In this document: piece after piece, positions 11,730 to 26,414 of the stretch
How positions within the stretch are numbered: position 1 is the stretch's first letter
Layout of the letters: each line of letters begins with the position of its first letter
From: Vicugna vicugna
Lineage: Eukaryota
Length of the DNA stretch: 64,000 nt
Reading direction: 5' to 3'
Assembly: GCA_013265495.1 (NCBI GenBank)
Contig: MU058384.1
Location: forward strand, 3,891,239-3,955,238
Translations under genes and position numbers: made by a program
Notes under the pieces: model-generated
What the model was told of the DNA's origin: nothing
Database searches by the model: none
What the model saw: the letters and a program-made list of their open reading frames with translations, nothing else

Positions 11730-13698
11730 GTATGCATTAGCCCTACCCTTTGGTCCGAGCTGGAGCCAGCCCCCGTTTCCCACACTGCATCTAGCACATT
11801 TTACCAACGGTGCTCGGGGTGCACACTGTGTGGCGGGCTTGTGACCTCCTAGCACAGTTTGCTAGTGGTATTTACACACTGTAGGGCTGTGTATGCATGA
11901 AATGGGGAACAGATTTTGCAGATTTGGTAGGTTTGAGATCAGCTGCCTTTTTGAGCCAAGCTGTTTTCTTGGCCTAGAGCGCTTTAATTTTCGCACACGC
12001 TCACTTAGTTACCGGTGACTGTCCTCATCAGGAGGAGGGAATGAGTTATCAGGTTTAAATGAACATCTCCCCACCTTCCTTAGGTACGTCAGGTGATTTC
12101 TGTTTAAGGAGGCAAGTTCCTCCTCGAAATGGATGAGTTGGAGAAAGTGACCTGAGAGTGCAGCCTTTCCATGGACAGAGGGTCAGGACGTTACTTCCTT
12201 CTCTATTCTGAAATGCTGAGAGAGGAGGAAAACAAACACTAAGCTTGACTGTAGTGGGCAAAGCTGGGAACAGGGAGGGGTCCGTGAGCTTGTCTAACTT
12301 CTGATGATAACTCTGCTACACCTGTGAGAGGTTGAAATGTGCTGAATACAGAAAGGAGAGAACTGATTCTGGTGCTGTCCTTTCATAAGGATGAAATGGA
12401 GCAGCAGCTCGCCCAGCTTCTCAAGTCCCTGTACACTGCATCATCTTTAGCGTTGTCTCATGGCCACCCTCCCGGGGCTGCAATTATCAGACAGCAACAT
12501 CATGCATTTTTGAGGGACTTTAAGGCTTGCATTTTAAGTTTTCCAGTATCCTAATTCTTGTAGCCACTTTCCCAATATGTTCTTAAGCTGATAGGTTATC
12601 AGTTTTGTTGTTTCTGATATGCAGATTGCATTTTAGCTTGCATTCAATTGTTCTGTCACTGAGAGAGCAAATTTTCCTCCATGTGACAGAGAGAAATAGC
12701 ATGGCAAAGAGCAAGCAAATATTTGAGCAATGATAGAATGAGTGTTTAAATAGAATCCGATGTCTGAAGACTACTCGCTCTCTTTCTCTTGGTTCTGGAA
12801 TGAATCTGTTTGCTTTTATTAAATATAATTGAAACTGTCTAGTTTATATTCAAAAGTATATTTTTACTTCATTTTTAAAAGGCTGTATACTGGGAAGTTC
12901 TAATAAGAAGTCTTATTACTATAGTTGATTTTTTTTTTACTGTCAGACATGGCTTCTATCTGAGAACCAACTGACCTCAGGAATCTGATGATGCTGTGAC
13001 TGGCAGGCGACTTTTATTTGCCCATGAATTAGATCTTGAATCAGTGTCCTCTTGATGAAAACGCAATACTTTAAATTGTTAGTAGTGAATCATTTGGCTT
13101 CCTAGGAGCTGGTAACTTTTGAAAATTAATGTGGATTTGTTGAATTGTAGCCAGTGTGTTTTTGGAAATGTTTTTAATTTGTGGCACTTTTTCCTTGGGT
13201 GTCCTGAACAGTAATTTAAGATAGCCATCCATTTTGTCTTTAGTATTTTATTGAATTCCTCTTTCTGTCTTTCTTCTGATTGTTTTGGTTTGTTTTGTTT
13301 TCAGTTTTGCCTCTAGCATTTTATTTAAAGAGAAGAGGGCTGGGGGAATTAGGTGCTTCTAAGAATTGCCAAAAGGCACTTTATGCAACTCCATGGATTA
13401 GAGAGACTTAAATCAAGGAGTTTCTGATCCCCTACCATTTTTCTTTTTCTACCTTTCCCCACACCAAGGTGTGTTTAGGGGTGGGAGTGTGCAGAGAGAA
13501 AGAATAGGAGACAAAAATCCTGTGCTAATAAGGATAGCCAGACTTATCCCCACATGTCTCTAATTTATGAACACATTCAGTAATACAAGCAGATAAACCA
13601 CCTTGGGTATCTCTAGTGATTCTGGATGGTTAAGACTATTGGTTTTCTGAATTTCTCATCAGGTCTATCTGAGCAATAGGAATTTTCACTTTCAAGTC

Positions 13699-13895
13699 TA
13701 GCTCTGTCCATCAATAGAACAATGATGTAAATATTCTGTCTGCTCTGTCCAGTATAACAACTAGCCACATGTGACTAGGAGCACCAGAAATAATGGCTAT
13801 TACCACTGGCAAACTGATTTTTAAAATTAATTTTAGTTAATTTAAATTAGAATATAACCACATGTGGCTAGTGGCTACTTTATTGGGCAGCACAG
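13699..13895 (+). mobile_element. MER3-like hAT-Charlie DNA transposon, full length
   Basis: CTGTCCA...CTAGCCACATGTG...CCACATGTGGCTAGTGGCTAC...GGGCAGCACAG; 8-bp TSD TTCAAGTC / TTCTAGTC. Confidence 0.85.
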
Positions 13896-15985
13896 TTCTA
13901 GTCTATAGAACTGTGACTTTGTGAATTTGTGTCCTCTCTGCTTTGTCCATCCTTAATTGCTTCCTGGTGCCAGACGTGGTCGGGTCTTGAAATGAATGTG
14001 GTTATTAAGGGCATCATGGAGCAGACAGCATGCTCCATGTTCTGCAAAGGAGCACATTAACCTGGGTTTAGAGACGGTTTCACTTTTCCTTTTCCACTTA
14101 AATGCTATAGCCTGCTCTGTGTATTGTTCTTATCAGTCACTAGTTGCTTATACCATTTTTTGCAACTTTTAGTGGACTCCTATTTTCTAAGTTATTTCCA
14201 AAGCATCATAGTAGGATGACATACAAGTTATCTTTTATGTCTAACTATTAAACAATCAAAAACTTTGTTTTTCTCTGCTTACTCCCTGGTCTGATCAGCC
14301 AGTCATGTCCCAACGTGATTTTCATGGCTAGTATCTTTGTTCTTTCATTACCAGGAATAGAGAAGCTTGCTCTCTAAATTCAATAAGCTAAATGCTTCTG
14401 TCCAGGATTATCCTGGGTTTATGACAAGTAGCATCTTTCCAGATACTCTATTGCTGAGTAACCATCATAATGAACTCAGTGGGGATAAGCGTATCGATTA
14501 CCATCTGGATTCTCGATGGTGGCTTCAAAATTACCTGCTGGGGTGAGACAGTAGATTGGTTAGCTGGTAGATTGGATCACTCCTTAAAAGAGAGATTTCT
14601 GCCCCGTGTAATCAACAGGAATGTGAAGGTTTTACATGCCTTGCTATTATTGATCTTTAACATTTAGATAGTAATTAAAAGTGAGCTGGGCTTGTGCTGT
14701 TGCTCTTATGCCTCAGGACCTGAGCCTCAGTGTAAAGCTGACCATATGACTTGCTTAGGAAAGATTGTTTAGGTACTGCAATGACTAAATGCCCTTGGAT
14801 GGGTTTCAAGGCCAGCCTGTCTTATGGTAAATTTTGCTAAGCTGAGTGGGATTATTAACTAATAAGGCATTTTCTCCCTAAACCAGTGTTTGTTAAATGC
14901 TCACTCTGTGCAGATTAATCTGCTGGGCATTGTGGAAGTGATAGAAAGATAATTGACGTGGTGTCTGCTGTCAGAAGTGTTTACCTGTCTAGTGGAGGGA
15001 GACAAGCATATACAAATAATGCAGGTATATAAACTGGAATCAGGGGAAGGGCTGATTAGTGTTGTGAAATTATGCATATAATCCATGCTCTTCTATAGAC
15101 TAAGCTTCTAAAGGGCCAGGACTAGTCCTCTTTGTGAACACTTTGCAGAGTGCAGGGAAAGCTATTGAATAAAGGTAAACTTAATATTCAAAACTAATTT
15201 CCACAGGCTGTAAAGATCTTACTAACATAGGAATTCTAAGAAATGTTAGTAGTTTTAGAATTGTCCTTCCAAGGTAACTGCTTTGAAAGAAAGAGTACTA
15301 TGTTTGGATGTATCTGATGTGTTAATCATGTTATTCTCCACCACACTGCATTTATCTAATAGTATATCAGGGATTCTGCTCTTTTGTTTTCCATCATACT
15401 ATTCATCATTTTCTTTGGTGAAAAAATAAATGAAGATATTTGTTTACAAGGTGGCATCAATTGACTACTTTGTTAATATCTAGGTTAATGCCTTCTGCCC
15501 CTTTTGTTAGCTAATGGCAGGTTAGATTGTAAAGAAATTTCTCCTTGAAATCAGGACACAGTAGTTCTGAGAAACTGTTCTCTCCTCCTCTCCGCCCCCG
15601 CTCCCCCCATTTTGTTAAAATGTGTATTTATGGAGTTTGCAGTACTCCTCTTTTGGCTTGTCCACTGTCAAGGTAGAATTTCTGCCAGTTAAGTTTTCCG
15701 AATGAAATACAATCTACCATTTATTGCTTATATTCCTATTGGATAGGTGGTGATGCGGCAACTGTAATGTCCTCTTTGTAAGTCATGAGTCTTTTTCTTT
15801 TCAAGGAGGAGTGTGAATGTCACTCTAGAAGCATTCTCACACATTTCCTTGTTTCTTTTCCTCTTTTGTTCTGTAAAACTTGGACTGTTTGTTCTCGGTG
15901 TCCTTATTTGTGCCATTTCAAGACTAGGCAAAAGAATTTAGCTGTAGAATTTTATAACTAGTGGGGCTAAAGTATAGTTTAGAAG

Positions 15986-16023
15986 AATATCAAAGATCCC
16001 TATTAATATCAGAGATCCCTATT
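15986..16023. repeat. 19-bp tandem duplication, 1 mismatch
   Basis: AATATCA(A/G)AGATCCCTATT x2. Confidence 0.9.
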
Positions 16024-16949
16024 AGGAGAAAATCTTAAAGTCAAGCTGATTGGCATAACTTGTATTTGTTAAAGAAACTCTATGTAAAAATTAAAAAAGG
16101 ATATTCAGAACAAGGATCACATCTAATGTATGGCTTGCACTCACTGGGGTCTCTGTAAATATCTGAGTAAATAACTGACTTTCAGGCATTCTGTGTTACA
16201 GCAATTACCATACGTATCACTGCATCCAAGGACTAAAAGGCTTCAAAATTGGGGTTCAAGAGCTTTAATTGATGGTGCTAAAATTTAACTGACTGCTCCA
16301 ACCGTAGGAACCGAAAAGAAGTATTTGGTGAGGATCTCCCAGCTAATAAATCTTAGATGTTGTATTTGCTAGAAGTTTGACTTGAGTATCCACTTCCACT
16401 ACAATCAGCATGTCTCAGGGAACACCTTTAATTTGTTGCTACCAAAAATTTTCCAGGTGATTTGCAGGCACCTTGACCATATTTTTAGCAGAAACTGACA
16501 CCTTCACAGTGCAAAGGTAATTTTGAGAGAGTCCATCTTAATTCTCAGATTTTGTAGGCATTTAGAAAGAGCCCCATTCCTGTCAGACTGGACCCTCTGT
16601 GTGTTAGGTTTATGTTCTAGATTTGCCAACTTCAGAAGGCACTAAGTCGTACCCCGTTATGCATCACATTCAAATGTAAAGGCTCAAAGTGTATCACAGA
16701 TGAACATAAGACTTGGTATTTGAAATAGTTCCCAGAGCACTATTGAATATTTTTGCTGACTGTAAAATGCAAGTCTTCTTTTTCAGGCTATATGCCCAGC
16801 ATTGATTTGTTAGTGAGAGAATTCTAATAGGTTCTGTCTGGATTCCAAAGAATTTACCATCCTAGATCCAATGTGGGATGTGAAATGAAAATGGAGTTTA
16901 GGAGGACAGACCAAGGAAAATTATTTTCACAGTTTTAATTGAGTGTGAA

Positions 16950-17110
16950 AGTAGGCAAGTTACTGTTACTTAACCTCATTATTTCCAAGCCTCAGGTTCT
17001 CAGCTGTAAAGTGAAAGTAATAAAATTATATTTACGTAGTGGTGAGATAACATATAAGTACTTAGGACAGTCTCTGCAGAATAATTGAGGCTGATTAAAT
17101 GATAGTTACA
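16950..17110 (+). mobile_element. MIR SINE
   Basis: GGCAAGTTAC...AAGCCTCAGGTTCTCAGCTGTAAAGTG. Confidence 0.7.
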
Positions 17111-18099
17111 AAAATGGTCATTTGTAATCATATGTCCCCCCCTTACACTTTCTGGTCACTTCTACCAGCATGTTCTCTGGGGGGAAAGGCCTAACAGAAA
17201 GACCATCAGGCTTGTCTCTTCTGGCACCCTCATCAGTTTCTTTATCAGGAAGAGATTTTCTCTAGTCTAATCTCTCACCTTTTATTTCACTTGTGAAAAA
17301 TTTCCAGGAAGCCTGCCTCTTCCCTGAAGCCTTACTAGTCCCTTCCCCACAACAGGCACATGTGACTGGACCCTTGTCCTGTGACCACTCACGTGGATCA
17401 GATGTGCTGCATGTCAGGGAGGTTACTCATTGAGATGCCCTGTAATTTCATCATGTGAAGTGAAGGAAATAAATTACCATTATGTCAGATCACCTCACTT
17501 ACTTCTTATTTCAAATGTGATTAATAAGGGAGGAGTGTACCTTTTATTTCCTCATTCAGGAATTCGTGAAAAGCTTCTGGTTCCCTCATTCAGGGAACAA
17601 CAGCAGTGATCCTCTGCCGCCTTGGAAACCAATCAAAAGGAAATTGTTTTCCTTAAAATGTGCAGTTTTATTTATTTTTCCTTCTGATGTGGGGAGGGGG
17701 TGTGGATGAATTGCTTAATGGAACTGCCCTAAATTAGTGGGCAGGTGTCTGTGAGAGATCTAGGTTATGAGCACTCACATTTGGGGCAGCCAGCTCTATG
17801 TGTGCTGTTTTTCTTTCCCCACGTGCTTATTTTCAGCACCAGGACTTGTTCTAAGTATGGTCATTTTCTTTTATTTCGTTCCTCTTATTTCTCTGGGGTG
17901 GTCTCATCTCTCTTGCTGGTCAGCTGGTGGGGAGTGTGGTTAACGTCCGTGAGAGCCTGGGGTTGGATGTGACGGCTGCTGTTATTAAACCCGAATGCGG
18001 GCGGGTCTGTGTCCCCAGAGGCAGAGCCCTTCCTTCTACCTGGTGCCGCTTCTCCTCCATCTTCCACTTCGCCATACCTGGTCAGCTCCTGCTTGTCCT

Positions 18100-18360
18100 T
18101 CAGTTTAAATGTCGCTTCCTTAAGGGTGACCCCAGATCAGGCGAGGTCCCGTATTCTAGGCTCTCACAGCATCTGGGACGTGGCCTTTCTCGCTCTAACC
18201 AAATTGCAGGTTGTTCGTTTGCTGAGTAGTTGTTTAACGTCGGTCTCCCCAGCTAGACTCAGCACCGAGAGGGCAGTGAGTGTGACTGTTTCATTCACAC
18301 TGTGTCCCTAATACGGGACCTAGTATGTCGCCAAGGGTTCTGATGGGTCTGTATGTGATG
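18100..18360 (+). mobile_element. LINE2 3' end (degenerate)
   Basis: TCTCCCCAGCTAGACTCAGCACCGAGAGGGCAG...TTCATTCACACTGTGTCCCTA. Confidence 0.5.
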
Positions 18361-19099
18361 GATGAGAGACTGACACGCTGGCCCTGCCAGCCAGAGAAAA
18401 TAAAGGAGCACAGCTGGGAGGAGCGGCTGTCTGTCCAGGCCTCAGAACATTCCGCGGTCCAGGACTTTGTTCTGAATGTGGCAAAGGCCTAGATGCAACA
18501 GGTCAGTCATCATCCTGCCTGGCGACAGGACAGTGACTTTGTATTAAAGACATTTGTCCACTAGCCTTCTCTCAGGGATGACCTGTGATTAGCTTCCTGC
18601 TAGGACGACTGACAGTTGTGACAGAGAGCCTGCCGATATTCCCACGACTTACTTGGACTAAATTCCAGTACTCAGCCACTCCAGAAGTGCTGTCCACCAT
18701 CATCTTTCCTTGAACTGCCAAAACTCGTTATGAAATACTTATTTTAGCTTGTGGTGTATCCTCATTATTGCCATGTTTGAAGTATTAAAAGCATTTACCT
18801 TTCTTTGGAACAACTGAAATTCACTCTCATGGCTAAAAGCATACGTTGCAAGCCAAGGGGAAATGACATAAGAAACAAATCCTCATTGACTTGAACCCTC
18901 CCCGAGCTCTTTGACAAGTAGTGTCTACCACTCCTTCCTGCTCCTTTGTGGATCAGGAGACATCCCAGAGACCAGTTCCTGGTGCAGACCTTTCCATCAG
19001 CAACATGTAAAGATGCAAAAGTAGCAACAGAGATGTTTGGATTCAAAACCTCAGCAATCTGGGTTTTTACCTTGGACTTGCTTCAGGATCATGTTTGTT

Positions 19100-20030
19100 T
19101 GCTTTTTATGAGTTTGTTACCACAGGTTCTTCTGACACTACAGTAAATCCTTTTCCTAATGGTTACATGGTGTTCATTATCCTATAGCTTGCCCTCACCC
19201 ATACAGTAGTTTAGATTACTATTACATTAACACGAGCATGAATTATGAATGGAATGCCGAACTGGCCACTTGGGTCGACGCTTCCAATCATCAGTCAACT
19301 TTACAGCATTTTCTCACACTCCAAGTGACTTCAAAATCATCTTTACCCTACTGCACCAAGTTGCAGGGACCTGGACATCTCCGTTGATGCTCCATGGCCT
19401 TCACTCAGCTCCATGTGGCCGGCTGGCCAGCGAGCAGTGTAAGTCTACGCTGGGACCTGTTACCGCTCCACCGACAACATCATGAACTCAGAAATTCCCC
19501 TCGGCACCCACAAACTTCAGGCTCGGCCAACATTGGTTTTGTGCCTGCCCCATGCTACATGGCGTGCTGGGTTTTTCCAGATATGTGAGCTCATCCGTCT
19601 ACCTGACACACAGTCTCACACCTTCCTTCCAAACTCTTCCTCTTCTGTATGACCCCTAGGCTCCCGAACCCTCTGTGTTAGTTGTTAGTACCCTTCCGAC
19701 TCACTTGTCCTCTTTTCAAGCCTGGAACCCATGGGTAACCATCTCAGTGATGCACTTGCAGTGACGCCTGGGCCTTCCTGGCGGGCGCTGAGTCTCCCTG
19801 CATGGCCTCATCTTCTTTAGAGCTGCCGAGCGCTGTGTGAAAGTGCCTGGGTCTGCTCCACTTTCTGTTCTCTCGCTGTCAGGTGAGCCCTCACTGCTGC
19901 TGGATAGCTGTTGTAGTCAGATCACATCCAGCTCTGGTATTCGCCTCATGTCTCGTCCACTCTGTCTTTCACTCTTAACACCCTACATTTTCTGCCACGT
20001 TGCTGTGAATGCTGAGAATGTACTGGATTA
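19100..20030 (+). mobile_element. Degenerate LINE2
   Basis: C/T-rich tract with L2-like segments; weak similarity judged by eye. Confidence 0.35.
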
Positions 20031-20680
20031 ATCTCTAAGCCATAATTTGCTCTCTTGAATAAATAGAAAGGTATGTATCCTGTGCTATTCTGATTAAAAC
20101 TCAACAACAGAAAAGGGAAGAATGAGGAACTTCTCTTTTCATTTGATATGATTTTGAAGAAAGAAGTTATAATTTAAAAGGACTACTGGCCACCCACGTT
20201 GGATTTAACTAAATCCTGAGTGTCAAAGCTGTGTGGCCAGCTGCATAATTTTTTGGTGCGGCATTATACATAAGAGAAAAGCAAACTGAATGTTCCAGGC
20301 CCCATTGAGGATTTCTTGGTCATTTCTTGTGGATCATTACAGCTACAGATGTCTCATGAGCGAGTTTCTACAATTACTGATCTGTGTCTTATTACTTTGA
20401 AAGAACAAGGTTAAAGAATGAGGTCATACTATTGCAGGTAACATGTTAAAAAGCAGAGTTTAATTCAGGACTTCTAATATTTCTTGAATTCCTTTCTTCC
20501 GACAGTACTGTCATCATCATCGCAGTGGAGGTCTACTTAGTCATTCCCAGGGCCCTGGATTTGATTTTTTTCCCCCCAAGATTATGACTCTTTAATGACT
20601 CTAGGTAATAGGAAATTTCTTGGCTGAATAGGTGGCTGTTTCAGTTTTCCTCCAGCATATTTGAGATATATACAAACTTC

Positions 20681-20857
20681 TATTGAAGTATAATCAGTTT
20701 ACAATGTTGTATCAATTTCTGGCTTCCAACATAATGCTTCAATCATACGTGAAAATACATATATCCATTTTCATATTCTTTTTCACCATAAGCTACCACA
20801 AGATATCGAATAGAGTTCCCTGTGCTATGCAGCATGAAGTTGTTTATTCTATGTATA
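20681..20857 (-). mobile_element. L1 3' UTR terminal fragment (artiodactyl type)
   Basis: TATTGAAGTATAATCAGTTTACAATGTTG...GTTCCCTGTGCTAT; reverse-complement similarity to 57020-57180. CAGCATATTTGA is repeated at 20653-20664 and 20858-20869 (probable TSD remnant). Confidence 0.8.
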
Positions 20858-21434
20858 CAGCATATTTGATCTTAAACTTTTATTGTGATGTTTAGTGTGA
20901 AAGTTAAAATAGAAAAAATAACAAAACCGTCCTGGGATATATATGATCCATAGTTCCTTCTGGACAAGCCTTAGCATTTAGCATTATCTGTTTCCACCCA
21001 CGTGACCCTGACCATCTTCCAGGACATTGACTGGAGCAGAGCAGGCATCCCTGTGTGATGTGAAGCCACAGCAAGGATACTGGGTGAGTAGTACAGAGCT
21101 TAGCACAATTAGGCTGGCAGAATATGTTGGTGCCAAAATTCAGAATGCTTGATCTGCAGTCAGTTAAGATGGAGAAAAATTAATTTCCTTTCCCTGATGC
21201 TGATGAAGATAATCTGTCTTAGGATCACAGTGATGCTTCAGATTTCCAGCGATCTGGCAGGTCTTTGGTAGTGTAGTCCCTGGTGAAAACCAAATAAGCT
21301 GACCGGTAAAATGAGCAAGTCAGGTTTCAATGTCCTAGAAGTATCTCTAAAATTTAAAATTGGGGATTGTATGTCAAAGTAAATATCAAATTGAAGCCAG
21401 TCCCATCTGAGCAGTGTCGTCATGGTCTCTTGGA

Positions 21435-21670
21435 GGCAGTAAGTTAGGGGATTAATAACTCGGAATCTGGAGCCGGTTTTGTCACCTCCTAACTGTTTGC
21501 TTCAGGCAAGGGACTTACTATTTGTGCCTACTTGCTTCATCTAAAAAAAACCCAGGACAATAGTGGCACCCATCTCATAGGGTCATTAAGGATTAAGTGG
21601 GATAATACATAAAACATGCTTGTAACTGTGCCTGGCACTAACAGCTAGCCTGTGTGTGGTAGTGAATGTT
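21435..21670 (+). mobile_element. MIR SINE
   Basis: GGCAAGGGACTTA...CTCATAGGGTCATTAAGGATTAAGTGGGATAATACAT...GTGCCTGGCAC. Confidence 0.75.
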
Positions 21671-22139
21671 ATTTGGAAAATTCTCTTAGATTGGTGGCTT
21701 TATCTTAGTACTTCTGAGAAACTAGCATTTCTGCTAAGATTCCTAAATTTGGGGAGACTTGAAACCAATTAAAACAAAGTTGCACCTGCTCTCTGAGAAT
21801 TAATTAAATAATTTAAGATTATTTTTCTTCTTTTTTTTATAATTTGAAAATAATCTCAGGTGCCTAGTGACTGTACAGCTAGAGCAGGTATTTTTATTGA
21901 AACTCATTATCGTTGACAGTTACCTTGATCACAGCATTATGAGCCACACAAAAATGAGGACACTGAAGTGTGTTTGAAACTGTAATGAATTGTTCTTAAG
22001 ACAGCACTCAGGAAGATACTACTTCCTGGCTTGATAACCCAGCGCATTTCACCTTACACGTTGTTGTAAGTTTACATAATTTTTTCGGTCCGCATTTTGT
22101 CATTTGTTTTGGCCTTTAAAAGGGGGTGATAATTTATCA

Positions 22140-22930
22140 TATGAAATCATTATTTTAAGAAAATATGAAAAGCAGAGAACTAACATGATAAATATCCATA
22201 TACCTAGGTCCCAGACCATTAAAAATATTTAAGTATTTTAGATTAAAATACATAATTTGGGGAAATATAAATAAAATGTTATAGCCAGTGTTACAGTTTC
22301 CTGCGTGTCCATCCATGGTCTTGTCTTCTGTTCCCTACCTCCCTTTTGCCCTTCAAGGAGGTAACATGCACTCTTCCAGGCTGTTTCTGTACTTGTACTG
22401 CATGTATCTATAAGTAACATTGTGCGTGTTTGAATTTATATAAATCATACTGTTTGCTACTTTGTACTTTCCCCCTCAAGTTTTGAAAGAGCTATCCAAA
22501 GTGATCAAAATATAGTTTGTTTTAACTACTGCCTAGAATTCTGTAATGTGATTTTACCACTGTTTAATTCTTTAATGTGACTTAACTGCAGTGTACTGAT
22601 CCTCAATTGGTGGATGGTGAGTTGATTAGTTTTGTTTTGTTTTTTGCCTTGCCACTATTACAAATCATGCTGCAGTAACCATTTATAAGCTTCTCCCTGG
22701 GCACATATGCAAGTCTTTCTGTATGTTCCTGGAAATGATATGTGCATCTTCACACGCCAAATTGCTTTCCAAAATAGTTTTATCAGCATAGTTCCACCTA
22801 CAGTATATGAGTCCACATTTCCCCATATCCTCACTTAGACTGGATTTAGTAAGACACTTTGATTTTTGCCAGTTGGATAGGTATGAAATGGAATTTGGTT
22901 TTAATTAGCAAAATTGGACATTGGCTAATG
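22140..22930 (-). mobile_element. Old L1 (L1ME-like) fragment
   Basis: Degenerate antisense L1 motifs (CCAAATTGCTTTCCAAAATAGTT, CCCCATATCCTCAC, TTTTTGCCAGTTGGATAGGTATGAAATGG). Confidence 0.65.
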
Positions 22931-23106
22931 TAGGTTTTTTTTTTTAATAATGGGAACACTGGCATTGTTTGGGTGGTTTTTTGTTTGTTTGTTTTTTTCC
23001 TTCCCCTCTGAGAGAGGGCAGGGAAACCATTGCATCAGTAATCTGGCTTAGAGCTCATTGTCCTTGGCAGGTATGCCAAGTCACTGGGGGAGGAAACAGA
23101 TGGTAC

Positions 23107-23162
23107 CACCAACCCTGCAGAACCGGAGACAGGGCACCAACCCTGCAGAACCGGAGACAGGG
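23107..23162. repeat. Perfect 28-bp tandem duplication
   Basis: CACCAACCCTGCAGAACCGGAGACAGGG x2. Confidence 0.97.
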
Positions 23163-25124
23163 CAGTTACCGTCTCCATTGACAGAGTGGCTGGGTGTTAC
23201 AGCTGGGTTTCAGATTCCCCCTTTCCAAACGGTGCCTCTAGTTTGCAGGCCTGAGCCTTCTGGTTTTCTTCAGCATCACTACTATTAGGTCACCAGAGAA
23301 AAAGCAAAGTATATAAAAGTTAATTTGGTTTTCTTGATAAAACTGATTATACTAAGATTTCTTTTAGGATGAAGAATATAAATGGAGGATAGGGTAGAGG
23401 CAGTGTTCGGGGAAGATTCTGGGGAGAGCATATGTTGAAAACATGGCTTAAAATCAGATTTGGTAATTATTTGCAGCTTTTCATTATTCATGTAATCCTT
23501 GGATCTGATTAGCATTTGTAAAGTATAAACTCTACAAATGCAAGGTATTAACATGAATAATTAAAAGGTAGGGAGTTAGCCATACGTGACTGTGGGTTTT
23601 CTTTTGTTACTGTGGAGGCTATTTTAGTAACAAGAGGAAGCTTAGACTTGTAGACTGCTAGTCTGGAGACTTCAATAATGCTGTCAGCTCAACCACATGT
23701 CATGATACGTTGCATGGTAGCCTTGTTTTCCTGGGAAAAGAAAGTTACTTTGCTAGGGGGTAGAAGCAATATTCTGTGCTTTCTATCTATACCAATTATA
23801 AGAGTACAATCTGAATTCCTGGGAGGAAGGCTGTACTTAGCATAATCATACTTACCTAAGTATAGTTATTATTATAATTTAAAATTGCCTTGGTCATTGC
23901 TCTAACTTATGGAATCAGGACCTTTGGCCCTCACAAAGTATCCTTTTCAAAATCTTGGGTATTTCCCAGGGGATGTCTCATGTGCTCACAAACAAGGCCA
24001 CCTGCACAGGTGACACCTCCATCTGTAAAGCACCTTCACAACTCGTGCTCTGCTGTGCACTGCTGTACCACTTACACTGTAAATCATACTTCCCAAACTG
24101 GTGCTCTACACGTCACTCCTTCTGAAAGATGTTAACGGGTGTGCCAGCAAAAGGGTGATTCTAATTGAGATCTCCTTAGAAAGATGTCTTAACATAGGAC
24201 TTGTAAGGGCATTTAATATGCTGTTATGAATCACTAAGAAAGGAACTTAGTAGACCTATTTGACCAAGGAATAATGGGTGGGGTGTATGTGTGTCTGCTG
24301 CACACAGGAAATTCTGTTGTGTTTGAGTGTGTTTGCATGCATACAGAGCATCATTTAGGAAAGTCTTGATTTGTCACCACATGGTATCAAAGCTGTGAGC
24401 TGGTCTGTTGCAAATAGATGTTAGATTTTTTTTTTTTTATTGGCTTCTGGTAGATTCTCTGGTAAGTCCTGATGTGTCCAAATCTCTCAAAGTTCAATTT
24501 GGGCTCCTGCTGCCTAACAGAGGTCTATACAGCTAACTTGGTTGCTGGTGAGGAATGCACAAAAAGGCATCTTGGTCTTTTTTGTTCTTGCTGTGGAAGC
24601 TGGAGGCAGACACTACCTCAGAGAATGCCAGAAACTCTGGTCCATGAAGCCATGGCTGCCCCTAGCCCTCTGAACTCAAGGGAGGGATCTTCCTTTATTC
24701 TGCAGCCTCAAACACCGACTGTGACCCTCCCTTCATGGAGATGTTCTGGTGAGTAAAGAAGGGAAAACTTGTCATGGGAACATAACTGTTTTCACCAGAG
24801 CCTTATCTGAGAGCTGCATGTGAGCAGGTCATGATGGATCTTTTTATTTTCTATGTTCTGGAAGGATAAGTACAGTGAAAGTTAAGTCATACTATGGTTT
24901 GATCATTCTATACCTTACTTGTTTGTATATAATTAAAGACATTTGGACAGAATTTGGATAAATAACTGGAGTAAAACAGATGATATGTCAAATTAAAGAG
25001 AAAGGAATCGAAAGGGAGATCTGAAAATTTTTCCATTCCCAGCCTCATGGTATTCAGTTAGTAGAAATGAGAACCACCCTGATGAATGGAGCAGTGACCA
25101 TGTGAGAGGACCTGAGGGGCCCTT

Positions 25125-25280
25125 TTCCATGTGTCCTCATTTAATTCTCACAACGTCCTCTTTAGGGAGATATTTAACTCCATTTTACACAATAAAATAT
25201 TGAAGCTTAACAGTGAACTAACTAGCCCAAAATAACACAGCCAGGAGGTGGTGGACCAGCATTCAGACCCCTCTGTCACC
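25125..25280 (-). mobile_element. MIR SINE
   Basis: CTCATTTAATTCTCACAAC...CCATTTTACACAATAAAATATTGAAGCTT. Confidence 0.7.
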
Positions 25281-26414
25281 TGCTTGCTCTGCTCTCTGTG
25301 ATAGAATGTAAGCACTGTCCGGGAAGCGAGCTCTCTAGTTAACATGCTTTAGCATCCTTCAGAGTTGGCGGTGAGGAAACAGACTTAGAGGGGTCTGTTG
25401 TCCAAAGCCTCGCAGTGATGGGTCACTGTTGCTCTCCTCCAGCACTAAATTAGTGTGACTTCAAATAAATGAAATGTCAGACATGGTAAAGTATTTCAGC
25501 ATGTAAAAGAACAAGGGAAATTTGGGGTTTATCAGTTCCACCTTGGAAATGGTATTCTCTTATTTTACTTTACTCCATATAAAAGTAGCATGTGATTACT
25601 TTTAGCAAGTTTGTAAAATATAAAATAGGTACTAAAAAGAGACTAAAAATGACAATTATATCATTCTGAAAGAAATCACTGACTTTTGGATGTATTCTCT
25701 TCTAGTCTATTTTCTGTCTATCTTCCCAGTGATTTGGAAAGTAAATGTTTCACTTTAAAATCTACTGTGGTTACTCTACTTAAGATCCACCCCCCTAAAT
25801 ATTCTTAACCTTATGTTACGTGTTGGTGCCAGAAAATATTTCTATTCTGGTGAGTGAACGATGAGTTTATACTCTTAAAACAAAAATTCAGAAAAATAAA
25901 GTTTAAGATTGGAGTATGTGATTGCTGATAAACCACAGCAAGTTTTGGAGCACCTGCTTTTCAGGAAGCTGTTAGTCAGACGTTGCCTCCTTGCTGCTCA
26001 GAACCCTCTGGGAACCGGCTGGAAGCACTTAGCAGTATAACCCCCGGCACAGCACTTCGCTGCGTTAGCATTCCTAGTCCTAAAGAAAGGTGGTAGCTCC
26101 AACAGTACTATCAAACCTGGGAAGAATTTATTTAGAGTGAGGTCCAAAGTGATTCAAGATCAGTAAAAAGACTTTTACAAAACTTGAGGCAGCACTAGGC
26201 AACGGCTAGACAGAGCCTCCTTGCAAATGCACTTCAGTATTAGGATTAACTGAAAAACAAATCAGATATTAACAGTGTGTTCCACACAGAAGGAACTGAG
26301 AAGGAAAATTCATTCAAAGAAATAATGCGGAGATGGTGAGCAAGCTTTCCTGGCCTGGGATGCCAGTGAAACTGGAACTTCGAACTTTTATCAGAATTTA
26401 TCAGAATAATGGTT

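Noticed and set aside
11646..11852. 68-aa ORF MQGQSPLV...
   Set aside because: Alternative frame overlapping the real exon and running through the donor into the intron.
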